Positions 40,364-49,287 of a stretch of DNA of 59,183 nucleotides are shown piece after piece (position 1 is the first letter of the stretch; each line of letters starts with the position of its first letter). The stretch is taken from positions 1-59,183 of the forward strand of contig JANNWY010000230.1 of NCBI GenBank assembly GCA_031409335.1. The letters run 5' to 3'. The DNA is from Chthoniobacteraceae bacterium. GTDB lineage: Bacteria; Verrucomicrobiota; Verrucomicrobiia; Chthoniobacterales; Chthoniobacteraceae. The translations under genes were made by a program, and so were the position numbers. The notes under the pieces are model-generated. The model made no database searches and had not been told where the DNA came from. It was given only the letters and a program-made list of their open reading frames with translations.

Positions 40364-40819
40364 TTAGAGCGTTATCTCGAAAAAATCTCGAAACACCGCG
40401 CGATAGACTTCGACCTTCATCTCCGGCAGCCACGCGATCTGAAATTCCGAAGGAACGATCCATTGCCACGCGCGAAATTCCGGGTGCTCCGTCGCCACGT
40501 TGATGCGCGAATCCGGCGCGAGGAATTCGCAGAGAAAGTAGTGCTGCTCCTTGCCGTGATAGCCCTTTTTGGTGCGTCCGCCGCCGAAAAGATAGCGGTA
40601 AGGCCCGCGCGTTTCCACGACCCGATAATCCTCGGGCACCACGCCGATTTCCTCCCAAAGTTCGCGCCGCAGCGCCTCGTCCAGCGTCTCGCCCTCGTCC
40701 ACGCCGCCCTGGGGAAATTGCCACGCGCCTTCCACCTGCGCTCTTTCACAAACGAGAATCTGGCCCAGCGCATTTCTCAAAATGCCCGCGACATTTGACC
40801 GGTAGTCGAATTCACTCAT
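40364..40819 (-). CDS. NUDIX hydrolase, RppH-like
   Basis: YRSNV, WQFPQGGVDEGE...ALRRELWEEIG, PEFRAWQW. Confidence 0.85.
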   Translation of the reverse strand: MSEFDYRSNVAGILRNALGQILVCERAQVEGAWQFPQGGVDEGETLDEALRRELWEEIGVVPEDYRVVETRGPYRYLFGGGRTKKGYHGKEQHYFLCEFLAPDSRINVATEHPEFRAWQWIVPSEFQIAWLPEMKVEVYRAVFRDFFEITL

Positions 40820-40824
40820 GCGCA

Positions 40825-41310
40825 ATGGATGCAAAAACTCTGCGCCTCGCGCTTGCCCTCGCCGCGGTCGCGCTCGTCATTTTCCTCGCGCTGCTCTGGC
40901 AGCCGGCGCGGCAGGTGCGGCTCCATCACGAGCATTTTTTGAAGGCGGTCGGAAAACGCAACTGGCAGGCCGTCGGGCGGTTCATCGGCGCGGATTATCA
41001 TGATCGCTGGGAGCATGACAAAGAGAATGTGATCGCGCAATGCACGCAGGTGTTCGGGCATTTTTTGTTCTGCGAAATCCAGTCGGAAGAACGCTCGCTC
41101 GTCCTCGCCGACGACTCCGCGACGCTCACCGCGCGCATCGCCCTCGGCGGATCGGGGAGCGCCGTCGCGGAGTACGCAAAGCAGACGGTGAATTCGCTGA
41201 CGGAGCCGTTCACGTTCAAATGGGTGCGCCGGAGTTGGAAACCGTGGGATTGGGAACTGACCGAGGTCGCGCAGCCGCAATTGGTAGTCAGCGGCACCAT
41301 GATGTTTTAG
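40825..41310 (+). CDS. Hypothetical protein with N-terminal membrane anchor (SnoaL/NTF2-like pattern)
   Basis: Hydrophobic N-terminus, FIGADYHDRW motif. Confidence 0.6.
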   Translation: MDAKTLRLALALAAVALVIFLALLWQPARQVRLHHEHFLKAVGKRNWQAVGRFIGADYHDRWEHDKENVIAQCTQVFGHFLFCEIQSEERSLVLADDSATLTARIALGGSGSAVAEYAKQTVNSLTEPFTFKWVRRSWKPWDWELTEVAQPQLVVSGTMMF

Positions 41311-41341
41311 CCGCAGCACTCGCGAAATTTTTCGATTCGTT

Positions 41342-42310
41342 TTGAATCCCGCCCCGCCCCGCTCCCGCGCCGTCCTCATGCTGTTCCTCGCCACGCTGGC
41401 GTGGGGTTACAGCTTTCCCGGCATGAAGGTGCTGCTCGCGGCGCTGGATGCGGCGCTGCCGGGGCGCAGCGAGTGGTTTTTCTCCGCGCTGCTGATCAGC
41501 GCGCGCTTTGCGCTGGCGGGATTGCTGTTGCTCGCGGTGCGGCCGCGGGCGCTTGCGGAAATGCGCGCGGGCGAATGGCGGCAGGGCATCGGCCTCGGGA
41601 TTTTCGCGGGGCTCGGGATGCTGTTTCAAGCCGATGGCTTGCAATACACCTCCGCGAGTTCGGTGGCTTTTCTCACGCAATTTTCCGCCGTGCTCGTGCC
41701 GCTTTACTGCATCTGGCGCGATCGGAAGCCACCTTCGGCACGGACGATTTTGTGCGTGGCGATGGTGCTCGCGGGCGTGGGTGTGCTCGGCCAGTTCGAT
41801 TGGCAGTCGATGCGTTTCGGGCGCGGCGAATTGGAAACTCTGATCGGCACGGGATTTTTCACGGCGCAGATTTTGTGGCTCGACCATCCCGGCTTCCGCG
41901 GGAACGACAGCGGGCGCATGTCGATCGCGATGTTCGGCGCGGTGGCGCTCGTGCTCGCGCCGGTGTGGATCGCGCATTCGCATTCGCTCTCAGACGCGGC
42001 AGTGATCTTCGCGACACCCACGATCGGGGCGATGTTCGTGAGCGTCATGCTCGTCTGTTCGATCGGCGCTTTTCTGCTGATGAATCACTGGCAGCCGCAC
42101 GTCGATGCGACCAGCGCGGGCATCATCTACTGCGCCGAACCGGTCTTCGCGACGGTGCTCGCGCTGTTCCTACCCGCCGTGCTCGGCCCCTGGCTCGGGG
42201 TCGGATACGCCAACGAAAAATTCACCACGCACCTGCTCATCGGCGGCGGCCTCATCACCGCGGCGAATATCCTCATCTCGCTCCAGCCCCGGCGGGAGAT
42301 TGGAAGTTGA
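41342..42310 (+). CDS. DMT/EamA-family transporter (start could be ATG 41378)
   Basis: LAWGYSF, RFALA, GLQYTSAS..AFLT, IYCAEPVFA; about 10 TM segments. Confidence 0.88.
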   Translation: MNPAPPRSRAVLMLFLATLAWGYSFPGMKVLLAALDAALPGRSEWFFSALLISARFALAGLLLLAVRPRALAEMRAGEWRQGIGLGIFAGLGMLFQADGLQYTSASSVAFLTQFSAVLVPLYCIWRDRKPPSARTILCVAMVLAGVGVLGQFDWQSMRFGRGELETLIGTGFFTAQILWLDHPGFRGNDSGRMSIAMFGAVALVLAPVWIAHSHSLSDAAVIFATPTIGAMFVSVMLVCSIGAFLLMNHWQPHVDATSAGIIYCAEPVFATVLALFLPAVLGPWLGVGYANEKFTTHLLIGGGLITAANILISLQPRREIGS

Positions 42311-42336
42311 AAGTTGGAAGTTGCACGTTGGATGTT
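42302..42336. repeat. Degenerate heptamer tandem array (NAAGTTG-like, about 5 copies)
   Basis: GGAAGTTGAAAGTTGGAAGTTGCACGTTGGATGTT; contains the EamA stop codon. Confidence 0.7.
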
Positions 42337-42348
42337 CATGCTCCGCCC

Positions 42349-42861
42349 ATGAAATCGCTCATCCTCCTCCTCGCGCTCCTCCCGCTCCCGCTCCTCGCCC
42401 AGACACCCAATCAGCCGCCGACCACGACGGAGACGACGTCGAACATCATGCTCTTCCGCGCAAAGCTGCCCGGCGGCACGTACGAAGTCGCCGTCCGCTC
42501 GATCGTCGCTGTCACGAGCCATGAGTATCTCGTCGATGGCATCGCGCGCGTCACCGAGGTGAACATCGACACCACCGGATCGCTGCTCGCGCGGTTCTAC
42601 TATCTCGAACCCGTCCAGCCAAATTCACCGCTCGGACTCGGCCAGGCCACGATCGACAAGGCGCAGGAGATTTTGAAACAAGCCGCCGAGAAAACCGGGC
42701 AGGACGTTTGGAAAAAGGTCGTCAAAAATTACCCCACGACGACGCATGCGCGGACCGTTGAATATCGTCTCGTCGAAAAAGCCGACCTCAACAAGATCTA
42801 CGAAGCCGCGGAAGAAGCGTTTCGTTTGCAGCGCAACAGAAGCATCACGATCGGCGGGTAG
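42349..42861 (+). CDS. Secreted hypothetical protein
   Basis: Signal peptide MKSLILLLALLPLPLLAQ; host-like codon usage. Confidence 0.75.
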   Translation: MKSLILLLALLPLPLLAQTPNQPPTTTETTSNIMLFRAKLPGGTYEVAVRSIVAVTSHEYLVDGIARVTEVNIDTTGSLLARFYYLEPVQPNSPLGLGQATIDKAQEILKQAAEKTGQDVWKKVVKNYPTTTHARTVEYRLVEKADLNKIYEAAEEAFRLQRNRSITIGG

Positions 42862-42933
42862 CGCCGCGGCTGTGGGAAAATCCGGCTCTTTCCCTTGCTC
42901 ACCCCCGTTCGTCCCATTACGCTCTCGACCCTC

Positions 42934-44760
42934 ATGATTTCAGAAATTCAAAAGGCAGTCGAATCGGGAACGCTCACCACCGCCGCTGGCGGCGCCCTCG
43001 AAAACCTCGGGCCCGGAGCTTTCGTCATGCACAAGAGCTGGGGCTTCGGGCAGATCGATGGATTCGATTTTCTGCTCAATCAAGTCACCATCAATTTCAA
43101 GGCGAAGAAGGGGCACACGATGCAGCTCCAGTACGCCGCGGAGTCGCTCACCGTCATCCCGTCCGAACACATCCTTGCCCAGAAAGCCGCCGATCTCGCC
43201 GGGGTGAAATCGCGTGCGAAGTCCGATCCCGCCGGGCTTTTGCGGACGATCCTCAACGGTTTTGGTGGCAAGGCGACGCACGATCAAATCGCCAGCACGC
43301 TCGTGCCTGAAGTCTTCTCGGAAACGGATTTCAAGAAGTGGCTCGAAGCGTCCAAGAAGGCGCTGAAGAACGACGGGCACTTCGCCATTCCCACGAAGAA
43401 AGGCCTGCCCTTCGAATTGCGCGAAGGCCCCGTCTCGCACGCCGACGAATACATCGCCGCGCTCAACAACGCCCGGCAGCTCAAGCATCAGATCACCGCG
43501 CTTGATTTGATCGTGAAAAACGTCGCGGAATTCAGTGATCCGATCCGGCAACTACAGCCGGTCATCGTCGCGATGGATAACACTGCGAAGAAAAGCGCGC
43601 GGCTGCACACCGCCGAGGCAATGAGCCTCTTGCTGTCGCGCGATGAACTCGTCGAGAAAGTGCCCGGCCTCAGCGTCGGCCAGGGCGCGCCAACCGTTGC
43701 CGGACTCCTCATGCAGGAAGAGCGCCGCCTTGCCACGCTGCTCGCGGAAGTGCCCGCGGCAAAAATGAAGCGCGCGCTGACCGAAGTGCCGACCGCATTC
43801 GGGGAGCAGTGGATCGCCAAGGCCATCACGCTCGTTTTCCAGGGCAACACCCGCGTCGCCACGGACGCCGCGCGGCTGCTTCAGGAAAAAGGCGCGAACA
43901 CCGAACTCCGCACCGCGCTGGAGCGCTCGATCAGCGAGCATTCGACGACGCCCGAGACGCTCGTCTGGATTTGCAAGGATCGCGCCGGCGAGTTCGCATC
44001 GCTCGCAAACGTGAAGCTGCTCCACGCCATCATCGCCGCGCTCGAACGCGAGATGATGAGCGAGAGCCGCGACAAGAAACTTCACGATCTCCTGCTCAAC
44101 GACAAAGAACTCTTCACCGATCTCGTTGACGGCGCGTCGCTGGAAGAATTGCGCGAGACCATGCGCAAGCTGCTGCTCACTCCCGTCTTCGACGAACTCA
44201 ACAAACGCTCGCTCCTCGGCCGCATCATCAAGATTTGCCCCGAGCTGCAATCCATGATCTCCGGCGACAGCGCCGAGCAGCAGGCGGCGCTCGTCGTTTC
44301 CTGGGAAAGCCTCGAACGGCGCAAGTCCGAATACGAGGAACTCGTCACGAAAAAAATCCCCGAAAACACCAAGGAAATCGCCATCGCCCGCAGCTACGGC
44401 GACTTGCGGGAAAACTTTGAATACAAGGCCGCGAAAGAAATGCAGCGCGTCCTCATGCGCCGCCAGGCCGAGACGCAGGGCGAACTCGCACGGGCACGCG
44501 GGACCGATTTCACCGTGGCCGATCTCAGCACCGTTTCCATCGGCACGATCGTCGCGGTGAAGGAAGTCGAGAGCGGCAAGGCGGACGTTTACACGATCCT
44601 TGGCGCGTGGGACAGCGAACCGGAAAAAGGCGTCGTCAGTTACCTCGCCGCCGTCTCACAAGCGCTCATCGGCCACAAAGTTGGCGAACAGCTTCCAGTG
44701 CCCACCGAGCACGGTGAGCGACTCACGGAAATCGTGAGCATCGCGGCTTACAAAAAATAG
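42934..44760 (+). CDS. greA: Long GreA/GreB-family transcription elongation factor
   Basis: C-terminal [33 protein letters not shown]...LIG; long N-terminal extension. Confidence 0.85.
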   Translation: MISEIQKAVESGTLTTAAGGALENLGPGAFVMHKSWGFGQIDGFDFLLNQVTINFKAKKGHTMQLQYAAESLTVIPSEHILAQKAADLAGVKSRAKSDPAGLLRTILNGFGGKATHDQIASTLVPEVFSETDFKKWLEASKKALKNDGHFAIPTKKGLPFELREGPVSHADEYIAALNNARQLKHQITALDLIVKNVAEFSDPIRQLQPVIVAMDNTAKKSARLHTAEAMSLLLSRDELVEKVPGLSVGQGAPTVAGLLMQEERRLATLLAEVPAAKMKRALTEVPTAFGEQWIAKAITLVFQGNTRVATDAARLLQEKGANTELRTALERSISEHSTTPETLVWICKDRAGEFASLANVKLLHAIIAALEREMMSESRDKKLHDLLLNDKELFTDLVDGASLEELRETMRKLLLTPVFDELNKRSLLGRIIKICPELQSMISGDSAEQQAALVVSWESLERRKSEYEELVTKKIPENTKEIAIARSYGDLRENFEYKAAKEMQRVLMRRQAETQGELARARGTDFTVADLSTVSIGTIVAVKEVESGKADVYTILGAWDSEPEKGVVSYLAAVSQALIGHKVGEQLPVPTEHGERLTEIVSIAAYKK

Positions 44761-44830
44761 CGGCACCCCCGCGCAAGCGGCGCGGTTGATCCGCATCGGT
44801 CCACGCGCCACCTGCGCATTCATTTTTTCC

Positions 44831-45928
44831 ATGAGTCTCGATGTCAAAATTCCGTCGGTCGGCGAATCCATCACCAGCGGACTCCTTTCCACCTGGCACA
44901 AAAACGACGGCGACACCGTGGCCGTCGGCGATGCGCTGCTGACGCTCGAAACGGACAAGGTTTCGACGGAGATTCAGGCGGAGAAAGCGGGCACTCTGCG
45001 GATCAAAGTGGCGGCGGGTTCCGAGGTGAAAATCGACCAAGTCGTCGCGACGATCGAAGATGCTGGCGCTGCTGCACCGGCACCGACCGAGGAAACACCG
45101 AAGCCCGCGGAAAAGAAAAAACCTGCGTCAAAACAGAAACCGGAAACGGTGGCCCCCGAACCGCCCGCGCCCGTTCCCGCTGACGGAGATCAATCCGCAA
45201 TCCGCAATCCGCAATCCGCAATCCAGGAAGGCCGCGGCACGCGCAAAAAACTTTCCCCGCTCCGCCGCAAGATCGCCGCCCAACTCGTGATGGCGCAGCA
45301 AACCGCCGCGATCCTCACGACTTTCAACGAAGCCGACATGAGCGCCGTGATGCAGCTCCGCAGTGGAATGCAGGAAGCGTTCACCAAAGAGCACGGCGTG
45401 AAGCTCGGCTTCATGTCCTTCTTCATCAAAGCCACCGTCAGCGCGCTCAAATCCGTCCCCGCGGTCAATGGCCGCATGGAAGGCGACGACTTCATCCAAA
45501 ACAACTACTACGACATCGGCGTCGCCGTCGGCACCGAGCGCGGCCTCATCGTCCCCGTCATCCGCGATGCCGACCAAAAATCCTTCGCGCAAATCGAGCG
45601 CGATCTCGCCGACTACGCCGTCAAAGCGCGCGAGGGAAAAATCAAAATCGAAGACCTCAGCGGCGGCGTCTTCACCATCAGCAACGGCGGCATCTACGGC
45701 TCCCTCCTTTCCACCCCGATCCTGAATCCCCCGCAAAGCGGAATCCTCGGAATGCACAAAATCCAGGAACGCCCCATCGCCGAAAAAGGCCAAGTCGTCA
45801 TCCGCCCGATGATGTATCTCGCGCTCAGCTACGACCACCGCGTCGTCGATGGAAAAGAAGCCGTCACCTTCCTCGTCCGCATCAAGGACTGCCTGGAAAA
45901 TCCCGCGCGGCTGCTGCTGGATCTTTAG
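44831..45928 (+). CDS. sucB: 2-oxoglutarate dehydrogenase E2 (dihydrolipoyllysine succinyltransferase)
   Basis: VGESIT, LETDKV lipoyl lysine, [21 protein letters not shown]. Confidence 0.95.
   Translation: MSLDVKIPSVGESITSGLLSTWHKNDGDTVAVGDALLTLETDKVSTEIQAEKAGTLRIKVAAGSEVKIDQVVATIEDAGAAAPAPTEETPKPAEKKKPASKQKPETVAPEPPAPVPADGDQSAIRNPQSAIQEGRGTRKKLSPLRRKIAAQLVMAQQTAAILTTFNEADMSAVMQLRSGMQEAFTKEHGVKLGFMSFFIKATVSALKSVPAVNGRMEGDDFIQNNYYDIGVAVGTERGLIVPVIRDADQKSFAQIERDLADYAVKAREGKIKIEDLSGGVFTISNGGIYGSLLSTPILNPPQSGILGMHKIQERPIAEKGQVVIRPMMYLALSYDHRVVDGKEAVTFLVRIKDCLENPARLLLDL
45191..45224 (+). repeat. CAATCCG heptamer array inside sucB (4 full copies + 6 nt)
   Basis: CAATCCGCAATCCGCAATCCGCAATCCGCAATCC encodes [11 protein letters not shown]. 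Confidence 0.9.
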
Positions 45929-46387
45929 CCAAAGCGCGAACAGACGCTGCGATCTTTTCCAGCGTTTCCCCGGGAAAATCCGCTGAATAATAGCGGCGCA
46001 AAATGGCAATCTTCCGCTCAACGGCTGAAAGATCCCGCGGCAGGGAAGCGAGCACCGTCGCCCGCGCCATTTCGCAAAGACGAATCCCATAAAAAGCGCT
46101 CCTCTGGCGAACGGGCCATCAGCAGGCTTCGATAAACCTAAATCCGGTGATGGAATTACCGCGGAAGCCGCGGAGGACGCGGAGGACGCGGAAAACGCCG
46201 ATAAGCAGCGGTTTGGACCGCAACCTGAAACATATCCCATCTCACCGAATGGGTGAATGCGACCAAGGCCACCACCTGCCATCGAAGTCCCTCCTCCGCG
46301 TTTTCCGCGTCCTCCGCATCCTCCGCGGTAACTTCCATCGCCGCTTCTAGGATAAAGTGCGGCGGTTTGCGGATCGGTGTCGGTCAT
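45925..46387 (-). pseudogene. Antitoxin-like small gene interrupted by a MITE and frameshifted
   Basis: Removing the insertion restores MTDTDPQTAALY-RSLLMARSPEERF...IRLCEMARATVLASLPRDLSAVERKIAILRRYY. Confidence 0.7.
46137..46351. mobile_element. 215-bp non-autonomous element (MITE) with long imperfect inverted arms and 5-bp target duplication
   Basis: ATAAA at 46132-46136 and 46352-46356; ends CCTAAATCCGGTGATGGAA / TTCCATCGCCGCTTCTAGG; arms contain CGCGGAGGA-type 9-mers. Confidence 0.8.
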
Positions 46388-46580
46388 CTTTCGATGTCGG
46401 CTAGAAAATCGAGAACGCCGAGTTCCGCTGCCCATTTCATCACGTTGAACAAAATCGCGTGGCGCACGGCGCGCGCACCGCTTCCCGCTCAATGTCGTAG
46501 TCGGGCGAAAGGACGGAGATCACGCGCTCGATATCCGCCGGTCCAAGCTCGATCACCATATCCACATCGCGCGTCATCCG
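46384..46580 (-). pseudogene. Internally deleted nucleotidyltransferase-family gene remnant
   Basis: RMTRDVDMVIEL motif, then a frameshift and direct jump to KWAAELGVLDFLADIER*; ATGA overlap with the downstream small gene. Confidence 0.6.
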
Positions 46581-48788
46581 CTACGCTTGAGCGGCCATCT
46601 CTTTGCACTTCTGCAAATCCAGCTTGCCCGACGCCAGCACTGGGATCGCGTCGATTTTTCGGATCGTTTTCGGCACCCACAGATTTGGCACGCCGGCTTC
46701 GTTCAGCTTTTTGCGGAGGTCGCTGCTGTCGATTTCGCGCGTGGTCAGCAGCACCAGCGCTTCGCCTTTCGCTTCGTCGGGAACACCCATGATCGCGCAC
46801 GTGCGTTCGCCTTCGTTGGCGAGGTCGAGGGCTTCCACGACGCGGCTTTCGACGGTTTCGTGCGGGACCATTTCGCCGCCGATTTTGGAGAAGCGCGAGA
46901 GGCGGCCTTCGATGAAAAGGAATCCGTCTTCGTCGAAACGGGCGAGGTCGCCGGTCTTGAACCAGCCTTCCTGGATCACTTCGCCCGAGCGCTGCGGATC
47001 GTTCAGGTATCCCTCGAAAATGTTTGGCCCGCGCAGCCACAGCATTCCGGTCTCATGCAGCGAGAGTGCTTCGCCGGTGTCGGGGTTGCGGATTTGCGCG
47101 GCGATTCCGGGCGCGAGTTTTCCGCACGAACCTTCACGGGAAGAAGGCTGCACCGCGTCGCCGGGCCGGCTCGGAAGCGGCTCGGGCAGATTCACGCACG
47201 CGACCGGCGAAGTCTCGGTGAGTCCGTATCCTTGCAGCACGCGGATGCCGAATTTTTCCTGAAATGCCCTGGCCAAATCGCCGGGCAATTTCTCCGCGCC
47301 GGTGACGAGCAGCTTGATGCTCGCGAGTTGCTGCGGCTCCACGCGGCGCAGATACGTCCGCAGGAAAGTCGGCGTCGTGACGACCAGCGTGATCGCGTAG
47401 CGCGCGATCAGCGCGGCTTGTTTCACGACATCGAGCGGATTCGGATACGTGACCAGCCGCACGCCGTGGATCATCGGGAAAAGAATCGTCACCGTCGCGC
47501 CGAAGCTGTGGAAAAACGGGAGCGAACCGAGTACGGCGTCGCTGCGATCGAGGTTCAGCATCTCGGCGAATTGATGAACATTGCCGAGCAGATTGCGGTG
47601 CGTGAGCGCGACGCCTTTCGGCGCGCCGGAGCTGCCGCTGGTGAAAAGGAGAAACGCTTCCGCGCGATCGCCAACGCGCGGGATGCCGAGCACGCGCGCG
47701 AGGAGAAATGCCGGCACGAGCGCCACCACGATGCGCCACGCGATGATCTCGCGCTTCAGCCTCGGCAGCACTTCGTCGAGATACGTCACGTCTTTCGGCC
47801 ACGGGAAATCGTCGAGCTTCTTCTCGACGAGCCGCGCGGTGAGGCAGTGGCGCAGCTCCGCATTTTCGCACGACGCTTCGATCGCCGCGCGGCCCGCGGT
47901 GAAGTTCAAATTCGCGGGCACCTTGTCCGCGAGCAGCACTGCGAGATTTGCGATCATCCCGCCGATCCCCGGCGGCATCACGATCGCCACGCGATGCCGC
48001 GGGCACTCGCGTTTCACATGGCGGCTCAGCGCGATCCCCGCCGCGAGCAGCGTCCCGCCCGTCATCGTGCGGTGATCCATCCCATCCACCACCGCCACGC
48101 GGCGCGCGGCTTTTTTCAGCCCGCGCAAACACGCCTCGCCCAAATGCCCGCGCAGCATCGCGCGCTGCTGGTAGCAGAATTCCCCGAGCATCAAAAACCG
48201 CTCGCGCACCGTCGCGATGTCCGCCTTGTCGTGCGGGATCGCGTCGCCGAATGCGATCGTCACCGGATACGGAATCTGGCGCGGCCATTTCACGAAATAC
48301 TTTCCGCCTTCAAACGAAAAAATGGAGCCCCACAGTTGATCCATCCACACCGGCACCACCGGGCATGTCGCGGAACGCGCGATCAATTCGTAGCCGCGCT
48401 TCAGCCGCAGCAACATCCCCGTGCGCGAAAGTTCGCCCTCCGGGAAAATGCAGACGATTTCCCCTTTCGCGATCAGCGATGCCGCCTCCTTCATCGTGTC
48501 CTTCGCGCGCTTCGGTGAAATGGAAAGTGCCCCGATCGCGCGAAAGATCGGATTGAGCAAAGCCTGCTTGTAGATGTCCTCGAAAACGATGAAGCGGATC
48601 GCGCGCGGACACGCGAGCTGGAGCACGACCGCGTCCACCCAGGTCAGGTGATTCGGCAGCAGCAGAAAGCCGCCCGCTGGCAGCCGCTCCGCGAAATGCG
48701 GCGAGACCCGGTAAATCAACCGTGTCAGCGACGTGCCGGCAGCGCGGAGAATGCGTTCGGAAAAACTGGAATTCGATGCAGATGACAC
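46581..48788 (-). CDS. aas: Aas-like bifunctional acyltransferase / acyl-ACP synthetase
   Basis: NHLTWVD and IFPEG (PlsC), FTSGSSGAPKGV, GYGLTE, FKTGD, SRFSKIGGEMV. Confidence 0.88.
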   Translation of the reverse strand: MSSASNSSFSERILRAAGTSLTRLIYRVSPHFAERLPAGGFLLLPNHLTWVDAVVLQLACPRAIRFIVFEDIYKQALLNPIFRAIGALSISPKRAKDTMKEAASLIAKGEIVCIFPEGELSRTGMLLRLKRGYELIARSATCPVVPVWMDQLWGSIFSFEGGKYFVKWPRQIPYPVTIAFGDAIPHDKADIATVRERFLMLGEFCYQQRAMLRGHLGEACLRGLKKAARRVAVVDGMDHRTMTGGTLLAAGIALSRHVKRECPRHRVAIVMPPGIGGMIANLAVLLADKVPANLNFTAGRAAIEASCENAELRHCLTARLVEKKLDDFPWPKDVTYLDEVLPRLKREIIAWRIVVALVPAFLLARVLGIPRVGDRAEAFLLFTSGSSGAPKGVALTHRNLLGNVHQFAEMLNLDRSDAVLGSLPFFHSFGATVTILFPMIHGVRLVTYPNPLDVVKQAALIARYAITLVVTTPTFLRTYLRRVEPQQLASIKLLVTGAEKLPGDLARAFQEKFGIRVLQGYGLTETSPVACVNLPEPLPSRPGDAVQPSSREGSCGKLAPGIAAQIRNPDTGEALSLHETGMLWLRGPNIFEGYLNDPQRSGEVIQEGWFKTGDLARFDEDGFLFIEGRLSRFSKIGGEMVPHETVESRVVEALDLANEGERTCAIMGVPDEAKGEALVLLTTREIDSSDLRKKLNEAGVPNLWVPKTIRKIDAIPVLASGKLDLQKCKEMAAQA

Positions 48789-48880
48789 GCGCTGAGCTTA
48801 CAAACGCACGGGAAAATTACCGAACGGAATCTTGGAGGTTCGGGCGCGTATCGTTTCCTGCGCGTCAGCCGCCTGGAAAA

Positions 48881-49234
48881 TCAGGGCACGTTTGGCTGAA
48901 TCTCCTCCGCGAAAACCCGCTCGCACACTGCGTCCGCCGCGAGCGTGCGCATGTTGAGAATCTCCGCGGAGTCCGCCGCCAAATCCGCGCCCGCCTGGTG
49001 GAAAAGCCCTTTCACCGCGCGCGGAAAACATGCGGCGATCTTCACCGCGCCGCCGCTCGCGAGCCGCTTCAACGATGGGTCGCGGCGGGCGGCCATCTCG
49101 CACAAATCGGCCACGGCCTCGAACGCCACGCCGGATTCGCACAGCCGTTTCAGCACCGCATCCTTCACGTCTTTCGGCACGACCTGCGCATATTGGCAGT
49201 GGCAGTAGAGGATGCGCGGCGGGTCGGTGGTCAT
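48881..49234 (-). CDS. Small Cys-containing protein, possibly Fe-S binding
   Basis: LYCHC, DLC, IAAC.PR, ILNMR pattern resembling the HdrA N-terminal domain. Confidence 0.6.
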   Translation of the reverse strand: MTTDPPRILYCHCQYAQVVPKDVKDAVLKRLCESGVAFEAVADLCEMAARRDPSLKRLASGGAVKIAACFPRAVKGLFHQAGADLAADSAEILNMRTLAADAVCERVFAEEIQPNVP

Positions 49235-49287
49235 GGTGAAAGGCGGCGGACTTTAGCGAATACCGGACGCAGCGGAAACTGTTTGTG

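Noticed and set aside
42934..44760. Unusually long GreA
   Set aside because: Long GreA forms are already known in chlamydiae and spirochaetes, so not novel by itself
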